Shown here in pieces: positions 26,385 through 40,491 of a DNA stretch of 64,000 nt. The DNA comes from Octopus sinensis (Eukaryota): contig NC_043022.1 in the NCBI RefSeq assembly GCF_006345805.1, positions 11,966,001-12,030,000 on the forward strand, given 5' to 3'. Position numbers and translations under genes: made by a program. The notes beneath the pieces were generated by a model. That model was not told the DNA's origin and did no database searches. It worked only from the letters and a program-made list of their open reading frames with translations. Within the stretch, counting starts at the first letter, position 1, and every line of letters begins with the position of its first letter.

Positions 26385-28310
26385 TAATGTAGGCACAAGG
26401 CCAACAGTTTTCGAGATGTGTGGTTAGTCAATGCCATCGATCCAAGTATACATGACTCGCACTTGAGTTTATCGATCCTCGAAATGGTGAAAGGCAAACT
26501 GACCCCGGGTAAGATTTGAAACCCGAATACCAACGCTTTGAATTTACCGACTATTCTGCCAACCCACCACCTTAATAATAATAATAATAACAATTATAAT
26601 AATGATAATAATAATAATAATAATTGTTTGACATTTTAGCACAAAGCCAGCACTTTCGGGGAGACGGTTATGGCACAAGGCCATCAATTTTGAAGGGTGG
26701 GGGCAAGTCGATTATCAGTACTTCGACATCCCCTCCCAATATTTCAATGGTACTCTCTTTTATGGACCCGCGAAAGGGCGAAAGGCAAAGCTGGTCTCAG
26801 TGGGTTTCGAACTCTGAACATTAGTTAAACAACCGGAAAAAATACCTATTTCTTTATTACCCACAAGGGGCTAAACATAGAGGGGGACAAACAAGGACAG
26901 ACATAGGTAATTAAGTCGATTATATCGACCCCAGTGCTTAACTGGTACTTAATTTATCGACCCCGAAAGGATGAAAGGCAAAGTCGACCTCGGCGGAATT
27001 TGAACTCACAACGTAACGGCAGCCGAAATACAAAAGTCAAGCATTTTGTTCGACGCGCTAACAATTCTGCCACCGATTCGCCGATTTCTTTTAATGGACG
27101 TAAATCGTAAACATGATGATGGCTATTCTAGTTTCTACGGTTCCACATTCAACTCAGTATTTTAATTACAGTCCTGTGTGTATATATATATATATATATA
27201 TACATTTCTGTTTTGCTGTTGGTTAAATAATTCCTTAGGGGCTGGGTGATTATTTAGTTTTTTTATTTATAACTTCCCTCATCCACCCCACTTTTTTTAT
27301 CTTTATTTTTAGCTTCGTTAATTGATTTTCAAGACACCCACCCAGCAATTACATAGTGGTAGTAGCTTGTTTAAACGTAAGAGGTTAAATCGACCGGCTC
27401 TCAACCGAAATTCGAACACAAACCAACAAGACAGTAAGGTTTCGAACTGACTGCTACTAATTCTGATGCATTCTGTGGACCTAAAAACCCAAGATCGCCC
27501 TCCTCAGGTTCTGTAATAATAGTAATAATAATAATTGTTGTTTATTATTATTACTATTATTATAATTATTCCTTTCATATGCTACAAAGGCGACGATCGA
27601 AAGAGGGTGGAGGTGAGACGTTACGTGGAGATTAACATAAAAATGCGTGAGGTGGAGATGAACCGAAAAATCGAAGGGGAAGAAGAAAAATAATAATAAT
27701 AATAATCTAATTTTGGCACAAGGCCATTTGTTTTGAGAGGCTGTGGTCAGTCGATGACATCGATCGACCGCAACGTTTGACTGGTACTTTATTTTATCGA
27801 CCCGCCAGGGGAACGAACGGCAAAGTTGGACGACCTCAGCTGGGTTTGAACCCAGATCGTAGAATCGGGACAAGTAGCACAAAGAATTTTTGCCTGCGAA
27901 TCTACCTGTCTAATCATGGTCCATAATAACGATAACTATACAATAATAATAATAATTATTATTATTATTATCATCATCATATAGCTATTATCATGTCTTT
28001 TATTTGCCAGAGTGTCATGTACTGAAGAGGAGGAACAATGCAAAGAAATTAACATTAAATGTGAAGGGGGGTACATACACAAAAAAATCAAACGAGAAAG
28101 AACAATAATATTGGTTTCGAATTTTGGCACAAGGCCAGCAATTTCTGGAGAGGGGGGGCGGGGGATAATCGATATTATTCTACTTCAGTACTTGATGGCT
28201 TCTCAGGTTAAGCCGACCCGAGTAGGATTTGAACTCAGATCGTAAAGAGCCGAAAGAAATATCATCGTGCAAGGTATCTTTTGTCCGATGCCTCTGGCGA
28301 TTCTGCAAAC
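26385..28310 (-). mobile_element. Cluster of Nin/Deu-domain-type SINEs (family C), including a nested young copy at ~26845-27030
   Basis: Repeated CTGGTACTT..TTTATCGACCCCGAAAGGATGAAAGGCAAAGTCGACC block at ~26450, 26760, 26945, 27785 and 28190. Confidence 0.75.
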
Positions 28311-28679
28311 TCAATAATAATGATTTAATGGTTTCTAAGAGAAGCGTTAAGGGATAGAATTTTGGAGAAAAAGGAAGAATGTCGTCTGTTAATATATATA
28401 TATATATCAACGTCGACACTTGACAGATAATTTTAGTCGAGTCTAGGCTTTTTTTTATATCGAAAGAATTGCAAAAAAAAAAAGTTGGTAGTCTTAGAAG
28501 GAAGAATAAACCATAAAACAACGACTCTTTATTGATTCTGGCATTTTTAAAGGTCCAAAATGTTTTGCAGAATCGATTAATTTTAAAATTTACTGCCAGA
28601 CATTTTTATCTACTTCGCCCCCCTTTTTTTTGTATCGCCCGGCGTTTACCAATTCCATCAACCACCACCACCACCACCT

Positions 28680-28970
28680 TTAATAATGATGATGATGGTA
28701 ATGGTGATGATGATGATGATGGTAATGATGGTAATGATGATGATGATGGTAATGTTGATGATGGTAATGATGATGGTGATGATGATGATGATGGTAATGG
28801 TGATGATGATGATGATGTTGGTGATGATGATGGTAATAGTGATGATGATAATGGTGATGATGGTAATGGTGATGATGATAATGGTGATGATGGTAATGGT
28901 GGTGTTGATGGTATGTTGTTAATAATGACAATGATGGTAGTAGTAGTAGTAGTGGTGGTGGTGGTGGTTT
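28680..28970. repeat. (GAT/GGT)n trinucleotide low-complexity tract
   Basis: Direct inspection. Confidence 0.9.
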
Positions 28971-29553
28971 TTAACTGAAACGATTATTATTATTATTATT
29001 ATTATCATTATTAAACAAACACTGTGATTCTAAATTTATCTTTATCGATCCTAGAAGGATATGGAAGACAAACAAGATGCAGACGGGATTTGGGGAAACA
29101 AGAGGGGGGGGGGCGGCAAACATAAAAAAAAAACAAAAACAAACAAAAAGAGATAGAACAAATATTAAACTGGTTTGCCACACATACAGAAAAAAAAATT
29201 CAAAAACCATCGAAGCCAAAAAAAAAAAGAGTTAAAATGATTATAAAATAAAATGTTTAATAATTAAAATACAAACAAACAATAATAATATAATATATCA
29301 GGCCTTATAAACATTAATTTCAAACAAACAAAAAAAAATATATATATATATAAAGCTGGTCCTCAACTGAACTGGTAGGGATCGAACCCCTGCCATTTTA
29401 GTTTACATTGAACAAAGCTTTTTAGCAACGAATTCATGGATAATAGATTATTTTTTATAATAATGATGTTAATTAATGTTGGTTTTTTTTTTTTTTTTTT
29501 AAAAGAATCATAACAATTAATTAAATAAATGAATAAATAAATAAATGCTTTAC

Positions 29554-29598
29554 CGCTCTACATCCTGATACAGATGTCGAATACAGTATAACAGGCAT
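29554..29598 (-). CDS. SH3BGRL3: SH3BGRL3-like protein, coding exon 1 (MPVILYSTSVSGCRA)
   Basis: Minus strand reads atcacc-ATG CCT GTT ATA CTG TAT TCG ACA TCT GTA TCA GGA TGT AGA GCG|GTAAAG. The peptide matches the SH3BGRL3 N-terminus (LRVYSTSVTGSRE), and the phase-0 donor fits exon 2. Confidence 0.88.
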
Positions 29599-29599
29599 G

Positions 29600-29730
29600 G
29601 TGATGCGGTGTGTGTATTTATCAAGAGTTTGTATATATGTGTGTGAGTGTGTGGTAAATGTGTGCGCTGTGACACAACGAAGGACTGATAACTCCTCACT
29701 GACTGACGTCCGACGACAAAGCCTCGGCTG
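29600..29730 (-). promoter_or_regulatory. Probable 5'UTR/core promoter of the SH3BGRL3-like gene
   Basis: CpG-containing unique sequence directly upstream of the ATG. Two Inr-like TCAGTC motifs on the minus strand (29683-29688, 29701-29706) and a CRE-like TGACGTC (29704-29710). Confidence 0.4.
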
Positions 29731-32700
29731 CTACCACCACTACTACTACTACTGCTGCTACTACAGCTGCAACTATTACTACTACTACTAGAGAGGGATA
29801 GTGGTAGTAGAAAGTGATAGTGAGAGTGGTAAACTGGCACGGAGGAGGAGGAGGGAAAGTAATGATAACGACAGTGGTGATGGTTGGAGTAGTAACGAGA
29901 GTGGTAGTAGCTGTAGTAATGACAGTGGTAGTAGTGGTGGTGGTGATTCTATGTGAAATGGTTAGGGCGACGGCGGTGGGAATAGAAGTGGTTGTGGTAG
30001 TGGTAGTGAGAGTAATGATAGAGGTGGTAGTAGCAATAGTAGTCGCATCGGTGATAAGCAGTGGTTGTGATGGCAGTAGTAGTAGTAGTAGTAGTATGAT
30101 GATGGTGGGGTGGTGACAGTTTGGTGGTGGTAGTAGTAGTAGTAGTAGAGAATATAGTTGTGGTGACAAATGATAGTATTAGAGTAGGAGGAAATTGGTG
30201 AAAGTAGTAGTGGTGGTAGTTTATGATACTGAGATGGTGGGAGGAGAGTGAGAAAGTGTTATTGAGATGTAAGGCAACTGAGTGAGTGAAAGCGATAGAC
30301 AGAGATAAAGAACAAGAGTGAAAGAGTGAAAGAAAAAGACTGATAGAAGAATAAGGAAAGAGAGAGATTTTGAATAGAGAGAGAAAGTAGATAAGTGGAG
30401 GGAAGAGGAGACAAAAGAGAAGAGAGAGTGTATGACGTTTGTCCAAAGAAGAGATAAAGCATGAAGATGGAAGGAAGAGAAGGAGTAGAATAACTTAGAG
30501 AGTGAAAGAGGAGTAGAGAGAGTGAGAAAGAGATCAACTGTGAGCATGATGAGAGGGGGAGATGAAATGATGATAGAAATAGACAGACTGACCCTGTGGG
30601 TGAGAGGAAGATATGATAGAGAAGGATGCTATAGCAAAAAGAGAGCAACATATTATAAAGTGGAGAGAAAGAGCAAAGGCGTTATTGGAAGGGGGTGAAA
30701 ATTGATAAAGTAAGAAAACGATAGAAAGAGAGGAGGGAGAGAGAGAGGGAGAGAGAGAAATGGAAGACAAGGTAGAGAAAGATGATATAGAAAAACATAG
30801 AGAGAGAGAGAAAGTGGACAAGAGTGTGGCAGACGAGCCTAACAGATATGAAAGGGGGGTGAAAGGTTGTTTCCAAATAATCAGCTCCCGCACAAATTAA
30901 TAACAGGTTACTGTTTGCTTCCCAACACATTCTCTTTGCTTTTCCTTTATCCGTCTCACCTTATTCCAGTTGCCGGATTAACAACCGTTAAACAATATAA
31001 ACACGTGTTTAAGCAATGAAGAGACTGGATCATTTGAATTTCATGCCAGATTTACCGTGGTTGTGAATGATAAATTATTCAACAGATTTGGTTTGTTTAG
31101 TTTTATAATGAATAAATGTTAAGAATTAGCGGGTTTTTTTTCTTCTACTTCCGTTACCACAATGATAATTAAATAATTGGTTACTGTTATTTAATGTTGA
31201 ATAAATAAATAAATACAATGAAATATAAAACAAAAAACAGGTTATGTTTTAATATAGTTTGTGGGATTTGGTCTGTGAGAAAACGCAATTTCTTAATCTA
31301 TTTTCTCACATTCAGCATTAAGATTTGAATGGTTTGTCAGACAATGGAAGGAGGGAGAACCAGTCATTGTTTGCCTGTGTGCTAAGGGCATCGTAAGCTT
31401 AAAATCCTTCACTTAACCTACCCCCATCTCTTTCTCTTCTAATTTGTCTCTCTCTCTCTCTCTCCCACTTTCAATCTTGCCTATTTTCCTTCCCTTTTCT
31501 CTCTCTTTCTTTCTCGCCTATCCTTTTTGCTCTCTTACTTGCCCCTTTTCTTTCTCCTTGCCTCCGTCTTCCTTCTTTTTCTCTCCTATCCTTATCTCTC
31601 TCTCTCTCTCTATTTCTCTACTTCCTTTCTCTTTCCTGCCTTTCTCGCTTCTGCCTCCTGTCTTTCTCTTCTGTCACGTATCTTTCTCTCCTGCTTCTCT
31701 CTCTCTCTCTCTCATATCTCCTCTACTCGGTCCCTTCTAATATCTCCTTTACTCTCTCCTCTCTCACTATCATCATCATCACAATCATTTTCTTCTTCGT
31801 CTCTCTTTTCTCTCTCTCTTTCTATCTGTCTCTCTCTCTCTTTCTATGTCTCTCTCTCTCTTTCTATCTGTCTCTCTCTCTCTCTTCCTTTTTCCTGACG
31901 ACATTTGACGCGAAGAATGGCATAAAGAGAATGTAATTAGATACCTTTAATTACATACACAATATATACATTATACATAGATGTATATATGTAATTAAAA
32001 GTAAGGACGCCATAACGAAGTGTCTATAAAGTCCTAAAACATTCTCTGTCTTTTCTCATCCACAGACACACAGACTCAAACACAACTTATTGAATTTCAA
32101 TGTAAGGGTGGAGACCACTTATCTCCGTCTTTCATTCTGGTATGTTTTTCCTGCCTCCACCCCACAAGAATTTGTGCTTCTTTCCCTATCTTCCGCCTTT
32201 TCTAAATTATTATTGTTAGTATTGTTTTATTTATTCATTTGGCCTTTTTTTTCTCTCTCTACATCTTATTGGTTCCTTCATTCGTTCATTCAAATTCAAA
32301 TTGCAACAAAAAAAAAGCAAATAATTCGTGAGCGTTAATGACAACTGTTCTCAAAAGCTACAAGGGAAGGAACTCGCAAAATTTCGATTGACCAAAAATT
32401 AGATGGAGATGTACGGGGGGGGGGATGATCGACAAGAACCATTGGCCGTGAATGTTTGTGTGTGTGTGTGTGCGTGCATCTTGTTTTAGTTAATTGACTG
32501 CGGCCATGCTGGGGTATCACTTTAAGGGTTTAGTCGATCAAATCAAGCCCAGTACTACTTATTTTTTTAAAGTCTCTTTTGCAAAGCCACTGAGTTACAA
32601 ACATGTAAACAAACCAACACCAGTTAGCAAGGGGCTATGGGGGACACAAGCACACACACACACACAATAGATCTTTACCTTTTGACCGACAGATTTTAAA

Positions 32701-32997
32701 AATAATTTTTTGTGACTAAACACTTTCAAACTTCAGACACTGGTAGAATGTGTAATATAAAACATTTTTTACTCTTAGCATTTTTGAGAAAAACTTATAT
32801 TTAGGAAGTTATTTCCCATTAAAATTGTCCTATTTCGGTTATTTCAACCAATCAATGACATGTATTCAGCTGAGTAAAATTATTCTTACAAAGAATAAGT
32901 CCTGGGGTCGATTTGCTCTACCTAAAGACGGTGCTCCAGCATGGCTGCAGTCAAATGACAAAAACAAGTAAAAGAGTATATATATATATATATAAAG

Positions 32998-33205
32998 TTA
33001 ATCCAAACATGAAAACACAAAGAGAAAATACAACAACACGAGGACGTGGAACAAATATAGTATTATTGGACACTCAGGAAGGAAGGGAAGAAGGAGTGTT
33101 TTACGTTTCGAGCGGAGCTCTTCATTAGAAACATAGGAAAAGGAAAGATCCAGAGAAGGGAAGACAGAGGAAAAAAATCGCCAACGGAACACGCACGGTC
33201 ACATA
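32998..33205 (-). mobile_element. (TA)n-embedded insert with minimal hammerhead-like motif (putative Penelope-like remnant)
   Basis: Minus strand TGTTT-CTAATGA-A-GAGCtccGCTC-GAAAC-GTA-AAACA (33133-33097). Confidence 0.55.
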
Positions 33206-33699
33206 TATATATGTGTGTGTGTGTGTGTGTAAGTGCTGGAAATTACTATAAACTGAACTGTATCTGGTAGTGGGGCCTAGGTGGAAGGGTTCCAGGGTTT
33301 TTAGGGATGTGGAATCACCTCTGGGCCATTATTGTTCCAAGGTCAACTCTGATCAGGAGTAATTGCATTTGTTGGGATCCTGTCTATGGGTCGATTAGCA
33401 TGAAAACCACTGGAGGGTGACAGATACCTAGTCCTCATTACAGCTTTCTTCTCTGAGAATGTAAACTCATATTGAAAAGCTTGAAGTACAGCTGGGTTTC
33501 TGGTTGTCTCAATCTCTGTTGTGCCACTGGTTTTGCAGCTGATGGTGCTTGAAAGTGGGTTCAGCATAGTTCATCCGTTCTTTATCCACCTGTTATCCAT
33601 CCACTTTATCTACTTTATCTGCTCAAAATAAATTTCATGTACAAGAACTTCTTGGGCTCTTATGATGTTTGCATGGATTTCCTGACATGAGGAATTGGC

Positions 33700-33960
33700 C
33701 CACCACAATAGTATTGAGGTCCTGAAACCAAGATGCCATGTAAAAAGCTTTGGTGTGGGTGTTGGTGCCATGTAAAAAGAACTGGTGATGGTGCCACGGA
33801 AAAAGCATCTAATGCACTCTGTGGAGTGTTTGGCATTAGGAAGGGCATCCAGCCGTAGAAACCAAGTCGAAACAGATTATGGAGCCTGGTGCAACCATTA
33901 GGCTTTTCCAGTTCTTGTCAAGCTGTCCAGCCCATGCCATCATGGGAAAAAGGGTGTTAA

Positions 33961-33994
<34 letters not shown>

Positions 33995-34350
33995 CAATGT
34001 CTTGCATTCATCCCATGTCTGTATGGAAATGATGATGATGATAAAGATGATGATGAAGACGATGATGATGACAACGATGTCTTGCGTTCATCCATCTCTG
34101 CACAGAAATGATGATGATGATGAAGACGATGATGATGATGATGATGATAATGATGTCTTGCGTTCATCCCATCTCTGCACAGAAATGATGATGATAAAGA
34201 AGATGATGATGAAGACGATGATGATGACAACGATGTCTTGCGTTCATCCCATCCCTGCACAGAAATGATGATGATGATGAAGACGATGATGACGGCGACG
34301 ATGATGATGGACAACGACGATGACGATGACGACGATGATGTCTTGCTCAG
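33700..34350 (+). repeat. Diverged family B copy whose (GAT)n tail extends into a minisatellite
   Basis: Unit GATGTCTTGCGTTCATCCCATCTCTGCACAGAAAT(GAT)n about 4 times after the tail. Confidence 0.8.
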
Positions 34351-34803
34351 TCACAAGTTGGCTTCCATGATATTTGTAGGAATGTCTTTATGTGTTTGTA
34401 TGTGTATGCAAGTAGATATACTTGTAGGTATGTCTATTTGTATATGTATGTATATATATATATATATAATATATATATTTATATAACTGTATGTATGCCT
34501 GCATACACTCATATACACACACACATGCACACAGATACATTTGATATTTCTTGCCATTTTTAATTTCTACTTTGTACAATCCAGCAACTAGAGACACAAC
34601 GCATAATAATGTTTCATATTTGTTCTCTTTTTGATTCTTTGTTGTTGTTTTTTTCTGAATATTTTGTTCTTGTTTTATTTTTGTTTTTGATTTATTATTA
34701 TTATTATTATTTTTTTTTTTTTTAGTTTTTAGTTTCGTATTTGTAGATACACCCTACATCTAGATTCTGGCTCACACAATCTGGGACAATCACCTCACCT
34801 ACA

Positions 34804-34850
<47 letters not shown>

Positions 34851-35421
34851 GACTGCTGCTGCTGCTGCTACTCCTGCTACTGCTACTGCTGCTACCTCTA
34901 CTACTATCATCACTACCATCATTACTACATCTCAATCTTCACCACCACCACCACCACCACCACCACAACACCACTGTGACCACTATCAACACCATAACTA
35001 CTATTATTATTACTACTGTAATGACCACTGCCACTACTACCACTACCACTATTACCTGCACTACCACCACCACTACCACCAACATTACCACCACCACCAA
35101 CAACAACAATAATACATCACTACTACTGCTACTACTACTACTACTACTACTGCTAAACACACCTACATTCTAGGCATTATCTAGATTTTTCTCCTCCCTT
35201 TATCCTCAACAAAGTTCATCCCTCACCCCCATCCCACCCTCCACAACAATGCAGTCAATGAAAGAATTACATTAATTTTGAATATAATGAAGACGAATTT
35301 AGTAAAATAACTTTGCCATAATTAAGCTGGTGTTTGGAACCGAAATTAACGATGAAATTTTGAGGTGAGGTTTTGACTGAGATCAGTTTCGCCCTTCACT
35401 TTCCAGATTTCTTTTGAAATA

Positions 35422-35800
35422 CTCTTTTACTTGTTTCAGTCATTTGACTGTGGCTATGCTGGAGCACCACCTATAGTCTAGCAAATCGACACCAGGACTT
35501 ATTCCTTGTAAGCCTAGTACTTATTCTATCAGTCTCTTTTGCTGAACCACTAAGTTACGGGGACGTAAACACACCATCATCGGTTGTCAGGCAATGTTGG
35601 GAAGGCAAACACACACACACATATATATACATATATACAACGAGCTTCTTTCAGTTTCCGTCTACCAAATCCACTCACAAGGCTTTGGTCGGCCTGAGGC
35701 TATAGTAGAAGACACTTGCCCAAGGTGCCACGCAGTGGGACTGAACCCGGAACCATGTGGTTGGTGAGCAAGCTACTTACCAGACAGCCACTCCTGCATC
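35422..35800 (-). mobile_element. SINE family A
   Basis: Homology to family A. Confidence 0.85.
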
Positions 35801-35944
35801 TGCACTACTTTTATTTCATTTAATTTTGAAATTAACAAAGAATTTAGTAAAAGAACTTTTCCATTTTTACGCTTGTGTTTGGAACATAAAAAACAAGAGA
35901 GTTTGATAGAAGGTTTCAATTTATATCACTTTAATCCTTTTAAT

Positions 35945-36170
35945 AATAATAATAATAATCCTTTCTACGATAGGCACAAGGCCTGAAATTTTTGGGGGAG
36001 GGGCCAGTCAATTAGATCAACCCCAGTATGCAACTGGTACTTAATTTATCGACCCCAAAAGGACGAAAAGCAAAGTTGACCTCGGTGGAATTTGAACTCA
36101 GAACATAAAGACATGCAAAATACCGCTAAGCATTTCGCCCAGCGTGCTAACGATTCTGCCAGCTCGCCAA
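35945..36170 (-). mobile_element. SINE family C variant with (ATT)n tail
   Basis: Family C core and head. Confidence 0.8.
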
Positions 36171-36649
36171 CATCGCAGGTGAAAGGTGTCAATTGTTTCA
36201 CCTGATTAACAACAGTTATGGATGACTAAATTGTATCTGTTTACCTGTGGTTGACCAGTAGTGCATCACATTACACCTGGCTGAGTGTGTGAGTGCTTCC
36301 TTATAATATGTATATATATATATATATATAGAAAGAGAGAGGATTATTCAGCAAAATGTTTGGTGAATCTTCTCTGTTAGGTCAGTGGGACAAATAACCA
36401 GAGTCTCACCTGAACTGTTTGCTACTGTTGTAATTAGTTAAACTTCTAGCAAATACCTATTCAATAGGTAAATCGGGAACATAATTGAGAGGGGAAGATG
36501 TAACATTTGGCAAAATAGCTTTGTAGTTGCCCTTCATGAGCCTATCATGTGACCACCAAGTTAATAACCATGTGCCATGTGTCCATATCTCAAAACCTAT
36601 GTATCACCTACCTACACGTTAAAACCTATATGTGATGCTCCTACATATT

Positions 36650-37340
36650 TAGCCCTTTCATTACCAACCCAGCTGAAACCAGCTCTGGATCTGAGTTCAG
36701 ATGTCTTGTTTTCATAAATTTTGAATTAAAATCTTCCAATAAACCTTTGTCACAATTTATGTTCCTAACACTAGCTTAATAATAACAAAGTTATTTTACT
36801 AAATTCTTTCATCATCATCATCATTTAGCGTCCGTTTACCATGCTAGAATGAGTTGGGCGGTTCAACTGGGGTCTCGGAGGCCAGAAGGCTGCACCAGGC
36901 CCAGTCTGATCTGGCAGTGTTTCTACGGCTGGATGCCCTTCCTAACGCCAACAACACCGTGAGTGCAGTGGGTGCTTTTTACGTGCCACTGGCACAGGTG
37001 CCAGACAGGGCTGGCAAACGGCCACGGACGGGTGGTGCTTTTTACATACCACTGGCACGGGGGCCGGGCGAGGCTGGCAACGGCCACGATCGGATGGTGC
37101 TTTGTTATATCTAAAATAATTGAAAGAAACACAGAGCATCTCAACAGAAATATGATAATGAAAGAGTTAAAATATATAATAGAGAAACAATTCTTAACCC
37201 TTTCGTTACCAACCCAGCTGAAACTGGCTCTGGATCTGAGTACAAATGTCTTGTTTTCATAAGTCTTGAATTAAAATCTTCCACCAAACCTTAGTCACAA
37301 TTTATGTTCAACAAAGTTATTTTGATAAATTCTTTGTTAT
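36650..37340. mobile_element. Two piggyBac-type P1 MITEs; the first is split by a family B copy (36810-37102, minus)
   Basis: CCCTTTC(A/G)TTACC termini; MITE sequence resumes at CTTTGTTATA after the insert. Confidence 0.8.
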
Positions 37341-37481
37341 ATCCTTTCTCTCATTGCTATTACTTTCTCTCACTCCCTCTCAGTCAGGGCTGTTACTCTC
37401 ACTACTTCTCCTTCACTGAATTACTGTTTTCTTTCCTCCACCACGTCCAGTGTGATTCTGAACATATATATGTATATATAT

Positions 37482-37512
<31 letters not shown>

Positions 37513-37520
37513 ATATATAT

Positions 37521-38678
37521 GTGATCCCAAGAAAGAAATCTTTGAACTTTAATTCATCTGTATCTCTATTTATTATTATTATTTATTAATTATTATTATT
37601 CTGATCCCCCTAGTCGCCACTCTGTTTACTATTTCAGCCTCGCCTCGTTTTTGCATATTCTGTATAATTCACTAGTTATCGTTATAGATATTTAAGATCT
37701 ATCTCCCTTACAGGGCTGATTAGAAATTGGCTGCCGATTCTTCGCGGGGTTTCTTCCTCCCCCTTCTTTTTACATTGTCTGTCTGGACTCCTTCTCTTCC
37801 TACTCCTCGCCATGGCTATGCATACTTAGCTAGTAACCTGCCTCATTCTTGATTCCGAATTCCTTTTGCCAAGTCTGTCCGTAAACGAAGTGATCCCAAG
37901 ATAAGAAATCTTTGAACTTTAATTCATCCGTATCTCTATTTATTTATATTATTTATTAATTATTATTATTCTGATCCCCCTAGTCGCCACTCTGTTTACT
38001 ATTTCAGCCTCGCCTCGTTTTTGCATATTCTGTATAATTCACTAGTTATCGTTATAGATATTTAAGATCTATCTCCCTTACAGGGCTGATTAGAAATTGG
38101 CTGCCGATTCTTCGCGGGGTTCTCTCCCCTTTTTTTTACATTGTGTCTGTCTGGTCTGGACTCCTCCTCTTCCTACTCCTCGCCATGGCTATGCATACTT
38201 AAGCTAGTAACCTGCCTCATTCTTGATTCCGAATTCCTTTTGCCAAGTCTGTCCGTAAACGAAGTGATCCCAAGATAAGAAATCTTTGAACTTTAATTCA
38301 TCCGTATCTCTATTTATTATTATTATTTATTAATTATTATTATTCTGATCCCCCTAGTCGCCACTCTGTTTACTATTTCAGCCTCGCCTCGTTTTTGCAT
38401 ATTCTGTATAATTCACTAGTTATCGTTATAGATATTTAAGATCTATCTCCCTTACAGGGCTGATTAGAAATTGGCTGCCGATTCTTCGCGGGGTTTCTCT
38501 CCCCCTTTTTTTTACATTGTCTGTCTGGACTCCTTCTCTTCCTACTCCTCGCCATGGCTATGCATACTTAAGCTAGTAACCTGCCTCATTCTTGATTCCG
38601 AATTCCTTTTGCCAAGTCTGTCCGTAAACGAAGTGATCCCAAGATAAGAAATCTTTGAACTTAATTCATCCGTATCTC

Positions 38679-38710
<32 letters not shown>

Positions 38711-38857
38711 CTGATCCCCCTAGTCGCCACTCTGTTTACTATTTCAGCCTCGCCTCGTTTTTGCATATTCTGTATAATTCACTAGTTATCGTTATAGATA
38801 TTTAAGATCTATCTCCCTTACAGGGCTGATTAGAAATTGGCTGCCGATTCTTCGCGG
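37521..38857. repeat. Tandem array of ~370-bp units (3.6 copies)
   Basis: Unit starts at 37521, 37890, 38264 and 38633; copies are near identical. Confidence 0.95.
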
Positions 38858-38932
38858 CGCGCCGCCCTACCCACCCCCACCACCAATACCGGATATCTCT
38901 ATTTTGCTCCACTATACCGGATGTCGTTTCTC

Positions 38933-40490
38933 CCACCACCATTATAGGTGTCTACTCTTTGAACCCCCCTCTTCAATACGCTATTTCACCATGCATTACC
39001 CCTCTCTCGATATCCTACGTTCTACTTGCCTAGAACCTGTCCTCTGAACCACCCCTCCCACTGGTGCTCCCCTATATTTCTGCACCCCCCCACCACCATT
39101 ATAGGTGTCTACTCTTTGAACCCCCCTCTTCAATACGCTATTTCACCATGCATTACCCCTCTCTCATATCCTACGTTCTACTTGCCTAGAACCTGTCCTC
39201 TGAACCACCCCTCCCACTGGTGCTCCCCTATATTTCTGCACCCCCCCACCACCATTATAGGTGTCTACTCTTTGAACCCCCTCTTCAATACGCTATTTCA
39301 CCATGCATTACCCCTCTCTCGATATCCTACGTTCTACTTGCCTAGTACCTTTCCTCTGAACCCCCCTCCCACTGGTGCTCCCCTATATTTCTGCACCCCC
39401 CCACCACCATTATAGGTGTCTACTCTTTGAACCCCCTCTTCAATACGCTATTTCACCATGCATTAACCCTCTCTCGATATCCTACGTTCTACTTGCCTAG
39501 AACCTGTCCTCTGAACCACCCCTCCCACTGGTGCTCCCCTATATTTCTGCACCCCCCCACCACCATTATAGGTGTCTACTCTTTGAACCCCCCTCTTCAA
39601 TACGCTATTTCACCATGCATTACCCCTCTCTCGATATCCTTTCTACTTGCCTAGTACCTGTCCTCTGAACCACCCCTCCCACTGGTACTCTCCCCTATAT
39701 TTCTGCACCCCCACCACCATTATAGGTGTCTACTCTTTGAACCCCCCTCTTCAATACGCTATTTCACCATGCATTACCCCTCTCTCGATATCCTACGTTC
39801 TACTTGCCTAGTACCTGTCCTCTGAACCACCCCTCCCACTGGTACTCCCCTATATTTCTGCACCCCCCACCACCATTATAGGTGTCTACTCTTTGAACCC
39901 CCTCTTCAATACGCTATTTCACCATGCATTACCCCTCTCTCGATATCCTACGTTCTACTTGCCTAGAACCTGTCCTCTGAACCACCCCTCCCACTGGTGC
40001 TCCCCTATATTTCTGCACCCCCCCACCACCATTATAGGTGTCTACTCTTTGAACCCCCTCTTCAATACGCTATTTCACCATGCATTACCCCTCTCTCGAT
40101 ATCCTACGTTCTACTTGCCTAGTACCTGTCCTCTGAACCACCCCTCCCACTGGTACTCCCCTATATTTCTGCACCCCCCACCACCATTATAGGTGTCTAC
40201 TCTTTGAACCCCCTCTTCAATACGCTATTTCACCATGCATTACCCCCTCTCGATATCCTACGTTCTACTTGCCTAGAACCTGTCCTCTGAACCACCCCTC
40301 CCACTGTGCTCCCCTATATTTCTGCACCCCCCCACCACCATTATAGGTGTCTACTCTTTGAACCCCCTCTTCAATACGCTATTTCACCATGCATTACCCC
40401 TCTCTCGATATCCTACGTTCTACTTGCCTAGTACCTGTCCTCTGAACCACCACCCCCCACTGGTGCTCCCCTATATTTCTGCACCTCCCC
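38933..40490. repeat. Tandem array of ~155-bp C-rich units (10 copies)
   Basis: ATTATAGGTGTCTACTC recurs every ~155 bp from 38941 to ~40340. Confidence 0.95.
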
Positions 40491-40491
40491 C

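Noticed and set aside
33343-33567. 74-aa minus-strand ORF in unique sequence (also 47980-48225 and 51949-52170)
   Set aside because: No recognisable homology or convincing splice signals; cannot be supported from sequence alone.
37521-38857. Retrozyme array
   Set aside because: Unit size fits, but I found no CTGANGA...GAAA hammerhead core on either strand.
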